Source of the DNA: Antedon mediterranea
Lineage: Eukaryota; Animalia; Echinodermata
Assembly (NCBI RefSeq): GCF_964355755.1
Contig: NC_092670.1
Location: 27,018,795 to 27,082,794 of the forward strand
Direction: 5' to 3'
Length of the DNA stretch: 64,000 nt
Shown: positions 12,130 through 25,757 of the stretch, in pieces
Numbering within the stretch: the first letter of the stretch is position 1
Layout: each line of letters starts with the position of its first letter
Notes under the pieces: generated by a model
Database searches by the model: none
The model's input: only the letters and a program-made list of their open reading frames with translations
Told to the model about the DNA's origin: nothing
Made by a program: the position numbers and the translations under genes

Positions 12130-13722
12130 GCATTCAGCGGATAACTCCTTGTAATCGTCCTGTTTCTTTTTTTTTTTTAGTTATCCGCTTAGTAGCGGAT
12201 AACTCCTTGTAACTGTCCTGTTTTATCATATTTTTTTATTTATTTTTTTTTCTGTATTATGCTTCTTTCCTTCTGTCATTTGTGTGCGTCGCTTTTCTCT
12301 AAAACGTGTAAACAGAACATATCGTAACTTTTTCAACATATCGACATTTACGTGAACTTGTGCACCTCCTATTTTTTAATGAAGTCAGATTTGCGCAACG
12401 TGACTTATGCACGATTTTATGAATTTCAATGATTGATCATAGATTATAAACCAAAAGTCATTTTGTATTGACACTTAGTGAAGGGCAAACTTTCTATGGA
12501 TTAACAATGGCATGTTTCACAAGAAGTTACGCGCGCACGCGCATTTAAGATTTTAAAATGCGCAAAATTAATTTCTAATCAACTTTCTACACTGATCATG
12601 ACATTTTAAGCATATCAAAAATTCCCATGCGTGCGAAAAAATTTACGCTTAAGGTGTTTTTCTCTTGAATTATGATTTTACAGCCTTTCCTAGTCATTTG
12701 AAAAAAGATTGACATCATTTCAAATTAAAATGACGTCATACGAACACTTTGAATTAGACCATTTGAGCGCATTTTAGCTTAAAAAGTTATAAAATATTGT
12801 CAAAATAAATTTTTTAATCTATTATAGCTCTTCAGGATCAAAAGTAATCCCCAATTTTTAAAACTTATTATGTAAGAAGATAAATTTTAGATATGAATCA
12901 GAATTGAATTGAAAAGCTACAAAATATTGTCAAAATCATGCCTCTTTTGAATTTTTATTATAGCTGTGACCCCCAATTTTTTTAACTTAATATGTAAGCA
13001 GATATGTTGTAGGTATGAATTCATGCAGAATTTTTACCTCTCGGATGTTATGACGTCATCGTATGGCCACACGAATGTAAAATATAGGATTTTTTATCTC
13101 TTTCGTTATTGCTCATCACATTCAACAGAGCGCATCTCGCTTATACGTATTCCATTTCCCCCGAGATTTTAATATTGTCTACGTCAATCAACTATCTTTC
13201 GCTCGAGTTTAAAATATTTTAATTTTATCACGTCATCGTGAATTACTTGGGTCACTTATTTTCATCATTACAGTCAATTTCAACATGTTATAGCTCCTTA
13301 GAATGTAAAGTAATACTCATGATTAAAACGTTTTCTGGAAGCTGTTGAATTGTAGATACAAATTCATGTACAAATTTTGCGCATTGTATATTGTGACGTC
13401 GTCATATGGCCAGTTGAACTATAAAAGTATTTTCATATTTTGCGTCATAGTTCATCACATTTAAAAGAGGGCACATCTATATTCTAGTATCGACATATCT
13501 TATACACGTTAATATGTTGTTGCTCAGACAAAAATTAATTAAAGGCGGGTCCCACATTTTCACCTAAGCTAAACTGTATGTAATACACTGACAATTAAAT
13601 GTTCTTGATATCCAAATCATATCATACCAACTTTGTGAATAAAATAATTTTGACACTTGAAGTTTGGCCAAAAGTTAATGGTTACAATTTTTATAAAATT
13701 GAAAAAATTCATCTCCTTCCCA

Positions 13723-14125
13723 AAATATTTTTGAAATCAAATTTTCGTTTTTCATGAAGGTGAAAATAAACGTTGAAACTTACCAACGTTTCGTGCGTTA
13801 GCATGATGTTGTTGTGACATGCGCCCTCTCTGATTTATTTCTTGAGAGACCAAGGAGGAAAGTGGCTGCCACACATATACTGTATGATGACCTAAGTGAC
13901 GGCCGGCTGGGGCAGACCCCTCTGGGATTCACCCAGAGGTATTCAAGAAATAACTCAGAGAGGGCGCATGTCACAACAACATCACGTGACTATGCCATGA
14001 TCAGTGTCGGCAAACCAAGCTGACACCACTACCTTGAAAAAGTGCGATGCTAACACACGAAACGTTGGTAAGTTTCAACGTTTATTTTCACCTTCATGAA
14101 AAACGAAAATTTGATTTAAAAAATA
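13723..14125. mobile_element. Penelope-like fragment with inverted pseudo-LTR arms
   Basis: 13723-13803 is the reverse complement of about 14046-14125; inner inverted pair about 13803-13833 and 13953-13984; hammerhead variant in the arm. Confidence 0.7.
14030..14070 (+). ncRNA. Minimal hammerhead variant with U3-A8 core (UUGAAAA)
   Basis: TACC-TTGAAAA-A-GTGCG atgctaa CACAC-GAAA-CG-TT-GGTA; the inverted arm keeps the perfectly pairing CGCAC. Confidence 0.6.
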
Positions 14126-14319
14126 CAATTTTTATTTTATTAATTTCATCATTAACACTTTCCATTGTTTGACATTGCGCCTTTCACCAGTCATGTTTGA
14201 TATTGACCTAGGTGTTTGCTCAACTTCCAACAAAACTCTAAGTGGCTTCTGTATAACTAGGGCACTCTGAGAGTGAGTGAGATAGTGCATGCGTCTGGCT
14301 GTGGTATACTTTTCCTGCA

Positions 14320-14550
14320 AAGTCCAGTATGTGATAGTGGAGATATTGAAGATATCTTCCATTTTGTTTTAATATGCCGTTTATACACCAATGAAAGAGA
14401 TTGATAAATATATTTGAATGTGTTATATCAATCAATGTCATACAATAATATTAAATGTCAATATTAATATTACATTATACTTGATTATATTTTGTCAATG
14501 TGCAAATTGATGATATTTACTCTTCTGAAATCTTCTGCCAAATAAACTTA
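14320..14550 (+). mobile_element. LINE 3' fragment (RTE-X/Proto2-like C-terminal zinc knuckle)
   Basis: Translates CDSGDIEDIFHFVLICRLY (C..ED..HF.L.C.Y pattern); ends at an AATAAA. Confidence 0.6.
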
Positions 14551-15399
14551 TTTTAAATGGTTTCATCTGGTTTTGGATCAATTGAAATTTGATTATTTGT
14601 TCATTGTAGGTAGAGGAATGGGAATATTTGACTGCGTATGTCACTGTCCTTGTCTAGGTTCAGTCCTTCTACTTTTGGGCTATAATTGAATGGGTACAGA
14701 GTTTCCATTTGTTCAAAAAAAGAATTTTGTTAAATCTTCATTATTGACTGGTTAGTTTTTACATACATGATTTGTTGAAATCAGACATAAGTGATTTATT
14801 TAATTAATTGGTTTAGTTAGTTCATGGAAAACACTGTATTGATAATAGACAAGAAATATTTCTTACAAAAAAACGCTGCTCGACATTTTAAAATTAATCA
14901 TTGTTCTTTCTTCAGATATATGTATGATAAATTTTTAAAAAGATGTTCTTTAATCCTAAAAATACATACAAATCAAAAATAGTTCTTTAATTATTAATCA
15001 CATGCCCATTCAAAAATGGTCAATTTTGAACTTTAATGTGCTGTGTGTTTGTGACCTCAAGGCATATGCAACTGAATACCCTCTTGGCTTCAAGCAAAGA
15101 ATGATATATATTCTCTGCTTTAAGTGAGAAAATTCTTTCCAGTCTGTCAACCAATTAAATAGCGAGAATCCAAAATCGTTCAACCGTGAGCCCTCATAGA
15201 CTCTCTTTTCCCATAGATTTTTGGGTCCAGCAGCTGGGATCTATAAATTATAGTTGAGTTTACAAATTAGCAAAAACATCAGCCTCTAGTACTATAACTG
15301 CTGCTTGCTTTCAGCTTATAAATGAATCATCTCTTGTGAAGTAGCGGGCTAGACCAGCAGCGTGAAAAAAGTAGATAAGATGGTGAAATCCTGTATAAA

Positions 15400-16935
15400 T
15401 ATGGTGTTATAAAGAATAAATGCGTTATTGCCATGTAATTGAATGTCTGTCCCTTCAGGGCCATGGTCACCAGTATGGTTGGTAAGTTTTCAACCTGTCA
15501 ACTTTTGGCAGAAGCTTGAAGTACAGCTCATTCAAAAGCTTCATAGGCAGCATTAACTCCCACTTCTCATCTTCTACAATCTCAACCGATTTCATGACTA
15601 CCATTATACACTACTAACTCTGCTTTCTCTCTACAACTTCTGACACTTTTCTAGAAAAAATTCAGACAGAGAAAAAAATTCTAAGTGACGTATCATTTTG
15701 TTTGAAAAACGCTGATCATAAAGATATTACCTTAAATACAGAGAGTCGTCAAAATCTAAATGATGTGGTTAAACTATCCCTATATATGTCAGAAACACAA
15801 GACAACGATATCTGCACACATGGATTAAGTACACGTACTTTTATCAAATATTTCTTTGCTCATGACCACCTGAACTATGGCCGGTCTAGTTGATGAGTTT
15901 GAAAGCCAACATTTAAAGAGAGATGATATCTTGATGAATGAAGAATGCTGCAATTCTCACAGAGGTGTTTGTTGGCCATGGCATGATGACATCGGACAGA
16001 AAATGTTTGAGGCATTAGTAAAAGTTTTGTAGAAGGCAAACTAGAAAAGGACAAATATTGGCAAAAATATATATGACTGTGAATACAGGTGACAAACTTA
16101 TCAAAGTATTACATAGTCAGCTGGTACAGTACTGTATATAAGAAAGTATGAGCATTTTTGGGGGTGAAATGAGGTATTGCAGTACTTCTGCTGATATCAC
16201 AGATCAGTCTGTTGAAGTTTGATGGATACAATAGTAGAGAACGATGGAAGGTCAACTTACTATATCGCATTCAAAACAGCTCACTGATTAGAAATATTTC
16301 ATTTGGCAGAGTTAGTTGTCATTTAACTGAAGAAATTTATGAGATGTTTTAATATGAAGAAGTGTACTATACTGTGGACCTCCTGAAGGTCAACATTTTG
16401 TGTTAATCACCATGTTGTCATAGGCATATCATTTTGTGTCATTTCAATCTAACTTAACTTACACACGTTTTAATAAGAAATTTAACCCATTTAAAAAAAA
16501 TCCATTTGGCCACCATTTGGTGTTAATAACCATGTTGTAGTCATAGGCCTATCATTTTATGTGATTTCAATCAACGTCATAACTTGCACATGTTTTAATA
16601 AGAAATTTAATCCATTTAAAAAAAATGGCGGCCATTTTGAAATTCAAAATGTCAAAATGCTGATGAATATAGGTTTATAATAATTTTTATATAGCAGAGA
16701 ACCCATGGCATTAATTTTAACTTAAAATATTATTCATAATGGGTGTTGCTTTGTCCAATATGGTAAATTTATTGGATATTTTACGTATTGGTGGCCATCT
16801 TGGATTTGACACCTTTAAGCTTTTTTGAAAAAATGGCAACATATTTTTTTTATTTCTTTACATCCTAAAGACACTAAATCAGCTGGAATTTTGCTTTTAA
16901 CAAAAAAATGACACAAAATATAGTGGCGTACACTA
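15400..16935 (+). mobile_element. Academ transposon relic (transposase fragments plus one terminus)
   Basis: YFFAHDHLNYGR at about 15848-15885 matches the Academ FFAxDHxNYAR motif; terminus ...GGCGTACACTA at 16935; left boundary uncertain and partner TIR not seen. Confidence 0.6.
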
Positions 16936-17406
16936 ATTGTTAGAAGTGCTATACAATGTGTTGTTCTGTTGATTCAAGTTTAGCTGTGGCATTTGTTGAT
17001 ACATTTCTCAAAAACGATTGAGTTGAGTGTCTGTAAATTTTGCATACGTTTTATAAAGTTTTTGTGCGATTTTTGAAACTTTGTAAAAAAAAGCCTTTAC
17101 ATTTATCTAAATAAAATTTAGTTATTAAGTAGCGTTTTTTCAAAGTTTTGATTTTGCTTTTTACCTTAATGTGTTTTTTACATTTTGCTGCAAATGTAAT
17201 GTCTTAAAATGCAATTTTAATAAAGACATTTTAGAAACGCTTACATTTTATCTAAAAATTTGTAACAATTTAGTTTTTAAATAATGTTTTTTCAAGGTTT
17301 TGATTTCGCTTTATTAATACACTTGTGTTTGGTTTTTCTACATACGTTTCTATAACTTTTTTTCTATGTCTTTGTGTAACGTAATTTCCCATAAACTGCA
17401 AGTCTA

Positions 17407-17680
17407 AAGCCTGGTTTCCAGTCGACGTTGTTTTTACATTGGAAATTGAAAATCGACAGGAAACGCTAAATGTCAAAATGACGTAATGCAAGTAGAAATC
17501 GTTGTAGTACAAGTGTTTGACAGGAAATCGGTGACTGAAGCTTCCGTCTGTTACGTCGATATTCGACGGTTCGACAGGAAACCGGTGAATTTCTGGATGA
17601 ACATGCCTTACGATGCGATTTTATACCCTTCCGCTTACACTTTCGTAAGCGTAAGCGCAAGGATCGTAAGAACCAGCCAA
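17407..17680. mobile_element. Possible PIF/Harbinger-type MITE fragments; related terminus at about 43402
   Basis: taa-AGCCTGGTTTCCAGTCGAC start, repeated CGACAGGAAA motifs; TSD not confirmed. Confidence 0.35.
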
Positions 17681-18581
17681 TCAGTGACGAGGATTATGTG
17701 ACGTTGGCAAGAAGGTCAAAGCTTGGAAAGGTGAAAGAAAGTAGAAAGTACCGTATATAAGAATTGTTGACAATAAATGATACGTAAATAACCCTGAACC
17801 ACGATGTTCAATTCATGATAGAGTGTAATAATTTAGGTGGATGAATACGAAATAGATGTGAGGACTATACAAAATTGTCTTGCTTGTTACTTATTATAAT
17901 TATATAAACATAGTAAAAATACGATAATGAGTAAAAATAATACACACAGACGCACTAAATTAAAAACGTTATGGCAATAAAATTTCATAAAATGTTAGAG
18001 AACAGTAGTGTCATCATCAGGATCATCAGGATAAAAATGCGTTCACCTGGCATATAGTTTGCATTCAAAAGCAGGTGGGGAAAAATTACGCAATGATTTT
18101 GTTTTAATTGTATGATGAAGGTAGGCTGGGTAATAAATTAATAATACTGTATATATTAATTAAATTCACCGTAGTGTTTGCTTGAATCTAAAAACAATTT
18201 ATAGGCATATGATAATTTGATGAAGAAAATAAATAATTACTAGATTTAATTCGTCACTATGACGAATTATAGGTTATATGCATTGATTTAAATAAAGATA
18301 ATTGATTGATTGAAGATATATTAATCTTTTGATTTTCTCAGAATTATTTATATATGATAGGATCTTGCTAATGCAAATACAATAGCCGGTATCATAATTC
18401 GATCAAAGATCCTTCTGCGTATAATAATGTCATAAACCACATTTGTTACATAATAATAAAGACATAAGTTAATACTTTTTATCTAGATTTCATTATAAAT
18501 CATGTGTATAATCTATACACTAAGAAATACAATTGAACAAACAATACGGATAATAAAAAAAAATCTTATTTCGTTTCGTTT

Positions 18582-18646
18582 CCCAAGGTGAGACTCGAAC
18601 TCGGTACCTTGAATGCTATAGACACGAGCAAAGACCACCGAGCCAT
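18582..18646 (-). pseudogene. tRNA-derived segment (SINE head or pseudo-tRNA)
   Basis: Minus strand has an A box TGGCTCGGTGG and a B box GTTCGAGTC; acceptor and anticodon stems do not pair properly. Confidence 0.55.
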
Positions 18647-18794
18647 ACACAACTGACTAAAAGTTATGGAAAGATTCCTCCGTGTATTTACTATGCAGTA
18701 ACCACTTTGGTGCAGATAGATTATTACATACCGCAATGAATTATAATGTTTTACTATGATGACATCTTTCAAAATTAAAAAAAACGATGCACTG

Positions 18795-19238
18795 TGTTAC
18801 GACCACTTTTGGCCTAGGCCGAAATACCTAAATAAATAGCAACAACGAGGCTTGGAACAAACAATAGTCGACACTCAAGAGTATTATGCAAAGAGCATGA
18901 GCTCCATTTATTTCCTTTCACGAAGCACAAAATACATAACAACACAATTATAGATACGTATGATACCGAGTGGTTGGTTTGCCTGGCCATCTGTACACAT
19001 CACAACCTCCCCATTCTTATCGTCCTGCCTCGCTTCCAGTCTCAAGCACAGTTCTAACCGCAAGCGTCCTTAGCTGGCCCTGTCTCCTGAGTGACTCCCT
19101 TCTTTGTATCACACACCCAGCACAGCTTTCCAAAATACCGCGCACCACCATGCTCCATTCTGATTCGTCCACTTGACCACCGGCGACTTGATTCATTTGC
19201 ATGCGACATGTGACACCTGACTCTCGTCACACGTAACA
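18795..19238 (-). mobile_element. Solo LTR (444 bp), Gypsy-type, TSD ACTG
   Basis: TGTTACG...CGTAACA termini; ACTG at 18791-18794 and 19239-19242; AATAAA on the minus strand. Confidence 0.85.
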
Positions 19239-19499
19239 ACTGTCAAACTATATACTTTTAACTTTAATATATAAACTTCTTAAGGAAGAAAGTTAATGTT
19301 AAGTTTGTTATTTCGGCCTAAGAAAATGTTATAATTTGTTTGATTGTCGAAATTAATTTTTTAAAATTTAATATGCCATTAATGATGACTTAATCAACTT
19401 TTGTTCTCTTAATTTCATAATAAATCATACATATATACATACACTTCAAGAAAATGAAATAAAAAATAGGTGTTCCTGAGCATTCTAATGATATACATT

Positions 19500-20060
19500 A
19501 ATTTTAAAATTTAGCATATTTTTACCATTTTGTTAACTTACACGTGTGTAGCCTGTCACTTTTGACGTGCTCGTATAACACTGTTTCGCGTTGAAAGGTT
19601 ATACAACAGTAATCGGACAAAACAGTGTGCATTAACGTTTGACGCGCAGTGCGCGTGCAAAAATCTGCGCACTCATGGCAATTTTTTAAACGCCTAAAAT
19701 TGCCTGAAACGTACTCTAAATTCATCGAAAATTAATTTTGAACATTTTAAGCGCGCGTACGCATGCGTTATATGCGCTACACACGTAATTGTATTGCCAT
19801 ATGATGAAATATGACCTGAAATTTATGAGTAGTACTAAATTTTGTTTAAAAGTGATTCATGCTTGTGAAAATATGATTACAAACGTGATTTCGTTAAATC
19901 GCGCGTAGACCGCGTAATGATTGATTGCGCACCGTGAAAACATAACCACATCGATTCCTGGCCATAAGGAATATACTCTGAAAAATTGACTTATCTAGAT
20001 GAAACTGATGCCAAGATAATTCATGGACAAAATAGTGCTAAGGAAAGAATAAATAACGTA
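19500..20060 (-). repeat. Inverted fragment of a related Helentron-type repeat; another fragment at about 44570-44760
   Basis: Reverse complement resembles 21000-21420; aaaaatctgc(g/a)cactcatggcaatttttt occurs at both 19660 and 44672. Confidence 0.6.
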
Positions 20061-22929
20061 GCGTTGAAAACAATTTTTTTTCCGTGATTTCTGTTTTTCC
20101 AGCCAGTAGATATGGGATCATGCATTAATATGGCTAACCGGACATTGTGACGTCATCGTATGGCCACGCGAATATAAAATATAGGATTTTTGTATCTTTC
20201 GTCATAGCTCATCACATTTAATAGAGCGCATCTACACTTATCCGTTTTTCATTTTTACTCCGATTTTTATATTGTCTAGGTCAATCAATTATCTTTCGCA
20301 TGAGTTAAAAATATTTTAATTTTTATGACGTCATCATGTCTAAAAATGTAAATAACCTGGGTCACATATTTTCATCTTTACAGTAAATTTTAATCTGTTA
20401 TAGCTCGTCAGAATAAAAAGTGATAATCATGATTACAACGTTTTCTGGAAGCTATTGGATTGTAGATATGAATTCATGTGAACATTTTGCCAATCGGATG
20501 TTGTGAAGTCATCATATGGCCAGCTGAATAAAAAAAGTCGTAATTTCATATTTTGCGTAATAGTTCATCACATTTAAAAGAGCGCGCATCTATATTTTAC
20601 GTATTTAAATTTCTTCTACACGTTTATATGTGGTTGCTGATATAATTTCCTTCCGAATTTGCTATCTTAGTGTTTCATTTTGATACCGTCGCCATGTTAA
20701 AAATTGGAATAAATAGCGGGTCCCGTAATTTCACCTATTCTATACTGTATGTGACATACAGGTATACAGATTATACTTTGTATACTATATGACACAAAAT
20801 AACAGCATTCAAGAATAAAAACAACATATCATATTCTTCAGTTCAGGTCATAATGTCATAATCTTTTTTCTGTGTGCGAAATGCCAACGTATGACGTGCA
20901 CGTGGTGTTTTTCGTGCGGATAATTAACTCGTCAAAGTGACGAGTTTCATGTCTAGTTTCATCTTCTTTCTTTCTGTATGATTTTTGTGTAACGCTTTTC
21001 TCTAAAACTTGCAAACATAAGATTTCGGTAACTATCTTAACAAATTGACATTTACGTAACGTCGTCAAGCGAAGCTTTTCATGACGTTTACAATTGCGCA
21101 ACGTGACTTACGCGCGATTTAACGATTTTCTCGTATTCAACATCGGTCGAAAACCAAATGACATTTCAAATTGAAACTTTTCAAAAGTTTAATTTATATC
21201 ATGCGCTAACTTTCCGTTGAAAAAAAATTGCGTGTTTTACACAAAGTTACGCGTGCACGCGCATTTAAAATTTCAAAATACGCAAAACTAATTTTTAATC
21301 AACTTCTTACGCGTTTCATGTCGTTTTAAGTATTTCAAAAATTCCCACGTGTGCGCAAATTTTTACGTGTGCGGTGCGCACGTAGCATTACAAACATATT
21401 TTTTTCGCGTGATTTATGGTTTTCCAGCCTTTTCTAGTAATTTTGCCAACTTTTAAACAATTTCGACTTAAAGTTACGTCATACGAGCACGTCGAATTGG
21501 ACGATGTGCGCTCGTTTTTGATGAAAAAGTTCAAAAATTCGTCAAAATTATGCCTTTTTTTAAACAGTCGTAGTTTCTAAACTAAACGGAGAAAGTTATT
21601 TTTATTACATATTCTGGAAGATGATAAGTTGTAGATATGGAATCATGCATTAATATGGCGAATCAATCATTGTGACGTCATCGTATGGCCACGCGAATAT
21701 AAAATATGGAATTTTTTGTATCTTTCATCATAGCTTATCACATTTAATAGAGCGCGCGCGCATCTCCAATTATCTGTTTTCCATTTTCACCCCGATTTTT
21801 ATATTATCTAGGTCAATCAACTATCTTTTGCATGAGTTAAAAATATTTTAATTTTTATGACTTCATCATGTCTAAAAATGAAAATAACTTGGGTCACTTA
21901 TTTTCATCTTTACAGTAAATTTCAATCTGTTATAGCTCGTCAGAATAAAATGTGATAATCATGATTAAAACATTTTCTGGAAGCTATTGGATTCTAGATA
22001 CGAATTCATGTAAACATTTTGCCAATCGGATGTTGTGACGTCATCATATGGCCAGTTGAATAAAAAAAGTCGTATTTTCGTATTTTCATATTTTGCGTAA
22101 TAGTTCATCACGTTTAAAAGGGCACGCATCTATATTTCACGTATTCAAATTTCTTCTACACGTTAATATGTTGTTTGCTGAGATAATTCCCTTCCGAAAT
22201 TGCTACCTTCGCGTTTCATTTTAAAACCGTCAGCATGTTAAAAATTGCAATAAATAGCGGGTCCCCTAATTTCACCTATTCTACACTGTGTGTGATATGG
22301 ATACAGATTATACTGTGTATATTATATATGAATCAAAATAATAGAATTCAGCAATAACATATCATATTCTTCAGTTCAGAGGTGATAATGCCTATTATCC
22401 CCTAACCTATCCCCTTAATGTTAAAAGGTACATCGTTACATGTTCATGTTGCACCACTTGCGCGGCGGATAACCAAACTCGTCAAAGTGACGAGTTACAT
22501 GTCTAGTTATAAAGTGAAATCATTATTTTTTCTATGGACTCAAATAACTTCATTACAACTGTAAAATGGCCTAGTAAAAGTCTGATTTTTTCATGATTTT
22601 GGGGGCAATACATCTTTAACAAATTGTGATAATAAAAATATTATTATTTAATGAATTGTATGTTGTCTTGTAAAACTTTTACTTTGTTTTTAAATATTTT
22701 CCTATTGATGGTAGAAAATAATTTCAGAAATAATAGTAGGAATTTTCCAGTTCCAAATCTGTGATTCAAACTTAATGCATGTGTGACTTATTTGTACAGT
22801 ACTAAAAAATATAAATATATTTCTACCAAAGAGTTGACATATTCGAGGCCCAACTATTGTTCCATTAATAGGACGTTTGCTGAATAGGAGCTGAATAAAA
22901 TTCCCCAAGCAGTAATAGCTGGGTGCTTA

Positions 22930-23385
22930 TTCAGAAATGTTCTTCTGTCTCAGTACTGTGTTTATGATTTGTCCAGTGATACAGTATCACATGTGTATCC
23001 CACATTTTGCCTATATCTTACGCCTAACCTTTGTAATACAGGCACCACAAGTGTGTCACTGTAGTACAGAATTTGCCTATGATATTGGACATATAATACT
23101 TTGTGAGATACAGTATAAAGTCGGGTGCTTTGCTAAACATGTTTTTAATTTGATATGCCCTAACTGTAAACTAGTTTACTGTCAATTATGTACAATATCT
23201 TTGTACATATCTAGTGATCCATAAGGGACTCAAGGTTCAATATTATTTTTAGATTCTACTTGATTGATTGTCATTTGAGATGTATTATTTTTGACATTAT
23301 ACTTTATGTCTTGCTTTATCTCTTTTTTTTTCTTTTCTGTAATTTATGACAACTATGTTTATGTTTAGTATATCTATAAAAATAT
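22930..23385 (+). mobile_element. Possible I/Nimb-group LINE 3' fragment
   Basis: APQVCHCSTEFAYDIGHIILCEIQY resembles the C-terminal CCHC knuckle; followed by a T-rich 3' UTR-like tract. Confidence 0.4.
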
Positions 23386-25552
23386 ATTGATTGAATTTTT
23401 TAAAATTACTAATTCTTTATGGTATGGTGCTATAAACATAAATTATATCTATCCAGAAATCTGAACTTGTCTATTTCTTGTCAGATTTTCAGGGACATCT
23501 TTGCTTAATCATTTGTTATTTCCTTTTTCCTTTTCCTGACGTCGTCGGGAAGAGCAGTACTGTGGCGCTAATGACCCCTCTTCTACCCTGTGGGATATCT
23601 CCAAGCACCCTAAACCTTGGAATTATAGCCCTGTTCTTATAAGGTCTAATTATCACACTGCTGCATACATGAGGACTACTCATTCAGAAGCTATCAAGCA
23701 GCTATAGTTCTAGAGACTGACGTTTTTCATAATTTGTAAACTAGGATGGGTCATGCTCAAATTACGAACACCAAAGCATGGCTGGGATAAGAGAGTCTAT
23801 GAAAACATTTGCTGATAATACAGTATTTATATAGATGCATGTAGATGTAATCTGTAAAATCTTGTTCAATAAATAATGACTGTAAGCTCTCGCTGATAAA
23901 ATAATATTAGCCGGACGACGTTATAACTGATTATATGATTGTATTTTATTAGTTACTCGTGTGTACAATGAATCCGCATGCAGGGAGAGAGAGCATTGTC
24001 ATTTATTTATTTGCTCATATTGATTAAACTATAGAGGGCTCACTACTATAATTAGGTACGATCAGATATGAGATGCTATATAGTTCTACAATGACTTTGT
24101 TCTTGCTGTCAACCTAGGCCAGTATTATAATAATTCACTGTCAAATATTAATAATCAAAACATTATTTTGGCTGTCTATGCTGGTATTTACAGTCCCATT
24201 TGACTGTCAATTTAGAAAGATATTATAATACTATAATTTGCTTTCAGATAATCATTGAATTATTATCAAAACAGTCCATATAATAGTGAAGTTTTTGTTT
24301 GTAATAGGATACAATTTGTTCACACTTGAAGCTTCTAGGCTTGATGAAGTGACCCCCAGACTTGACCTTAGCAATAAAATAAACTAAAGTGACAGAAATT
24401 GAGTCTGTATAATAAAGTAATATTATTTAGACATCATTTTTTATTAAATTATTTAATAAGCACATCATCTTTTACAGATTCAGTACTTTTTTTTTTCAAT
24501 TTTAATTGCACAATCTGAATTTTACTTCAATACAAAAGTTATTAATTTCTGCAAAAAAATAATATTCACATATAAAAAGAGAAAAGAAACATTTAATTAT
24601 AACCCAAAAACCATTGTCTGACAGACAATTTAAGTATTTTTTGCTATAAATTACATTTTTTCAGGTAAATTATTATTTGGTTAACATGGTTCTGGTTTTC
24701 TTAAATTATCCGGCTGTATTAAGAATTGTAGAAGAAGACAGGAGTTCGAGACTAGTGCAGTAGATCTGTCTGTATAAGGCTGTAATTTAACTTTAAAAAC
24801 ATAACTCTGTGTCGCTATATGATATATTAATTTATCCAACAATGTACTGATATTGTATGTATGCCTGTTATAGTAGAGAGGCCAAATACACAAAAGTCCT
24901 CTATAAAAAGTTTGGGGGCATTTTTTGTTAATAGGAGGCAACCATGTTGAATGTATCCTTTGTGGGGTGACAAAACCGATAGGGGTGGATGCCATCTTCA
25001 ATTTTGGGTTTTAAGGTCAGTTTATGTGGTCAAGAGGTCAACAAGGTCAAAATATAGGATTTTTATTTTATTCACGGAAAATCATCTACATCATCAGATC
25101 TATCCAAAAAAAAGTATTTTTCAAGATCAACTGATGTTTCATATTATAGTAATTATGAGATAAACATTTTATTTTACACATAAAAACATAGGAAATTAAA
25201 TATAAAAGTGTCATTTTCTCAAAATGTTGTTTTCACATACTTCTGTAAAGTACAGTTTTATAATAGGCTTTCGATCCCCAGTCTGTTGTTAATTTGTCTT
25301 TTTTATGTTGTCCACCAGTCATCGTTTTGATTTTTGTCGGAAAAATAGATCAAGTATAATATGTATGAAACGCTATATGTGCCAAAAGATTGCTCTTTTA
25401 CTATAATATTATTAATATTACCTATAATAATATAATAATATTTGAAAGTTCGTTTTTAGAAAAATCTAGAAAACTCTCCCTATATGACCTAATGTCGAGA
25501 TAATATCCTGGATATAGCACCTCTAAGCGCTGAACATTATTACCTCAGTCAT

Positions 25553-25757
25553 TGTTATGTTATATATATCGATAATAAATGAAGAAACTCTCAAGTATAA
25601 TAAGAATAGTCTTTATTGTAAGAAGTCTGTAACTGAACTGTACAAAGTGATATCAGTAAGGTGGCTCGTGATTGGTTAATCTATATGGTATGACTATGGT
25701 GTCTTATTACTTTATACAGTATATAGGTCGCTATACTAAAGCAGTATTATTATAACA
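25553..25757 (-). repeat. 3' LTR of the Gypsy element
   Basis: No differences from 29452-29656 on manual comparison; adjoins the PPT AGGAGGGAGA (25758-25767, minus). Confidence 0.97.

Larger units (their letters stand above)
12178..20956 (+). mobile_element. Inner Helentron-type unit: 5' part 12178 to about 13640, 3' part about 20100-20956, unrelated repeats in between
   Basis: 5' TTATCCGC-ttagta-GCGGATAA (12181-12202) in a T-run; 3' GCGGATAA (20916), same hairpin, CTAG|T (20953-20956); body similar to 20960-22500. Confidence 0.7.
11430..22506 (+). mobile_element. Outer Helentron-type non-autonomous element (HINE/DINE-1-like), interrupted by a LINE and by an inner copy
   Basis: 5' palindrome TTATCCGC(11433)..GCGGATAA(12137); body resumes at 20957; 3' GCGGATAA (22465), hairpin AACTCGTCA-aag-TGACGAGTT (22476-22496), CTAG|T (22503-22506). 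Confidence 0.75.

Noticed and set aside
18582-18646. Functional tRNA gene
   Set aside because: A and B boxes are present but the cloverleaf stems do not pair; better explained as SINE- or TE-derived
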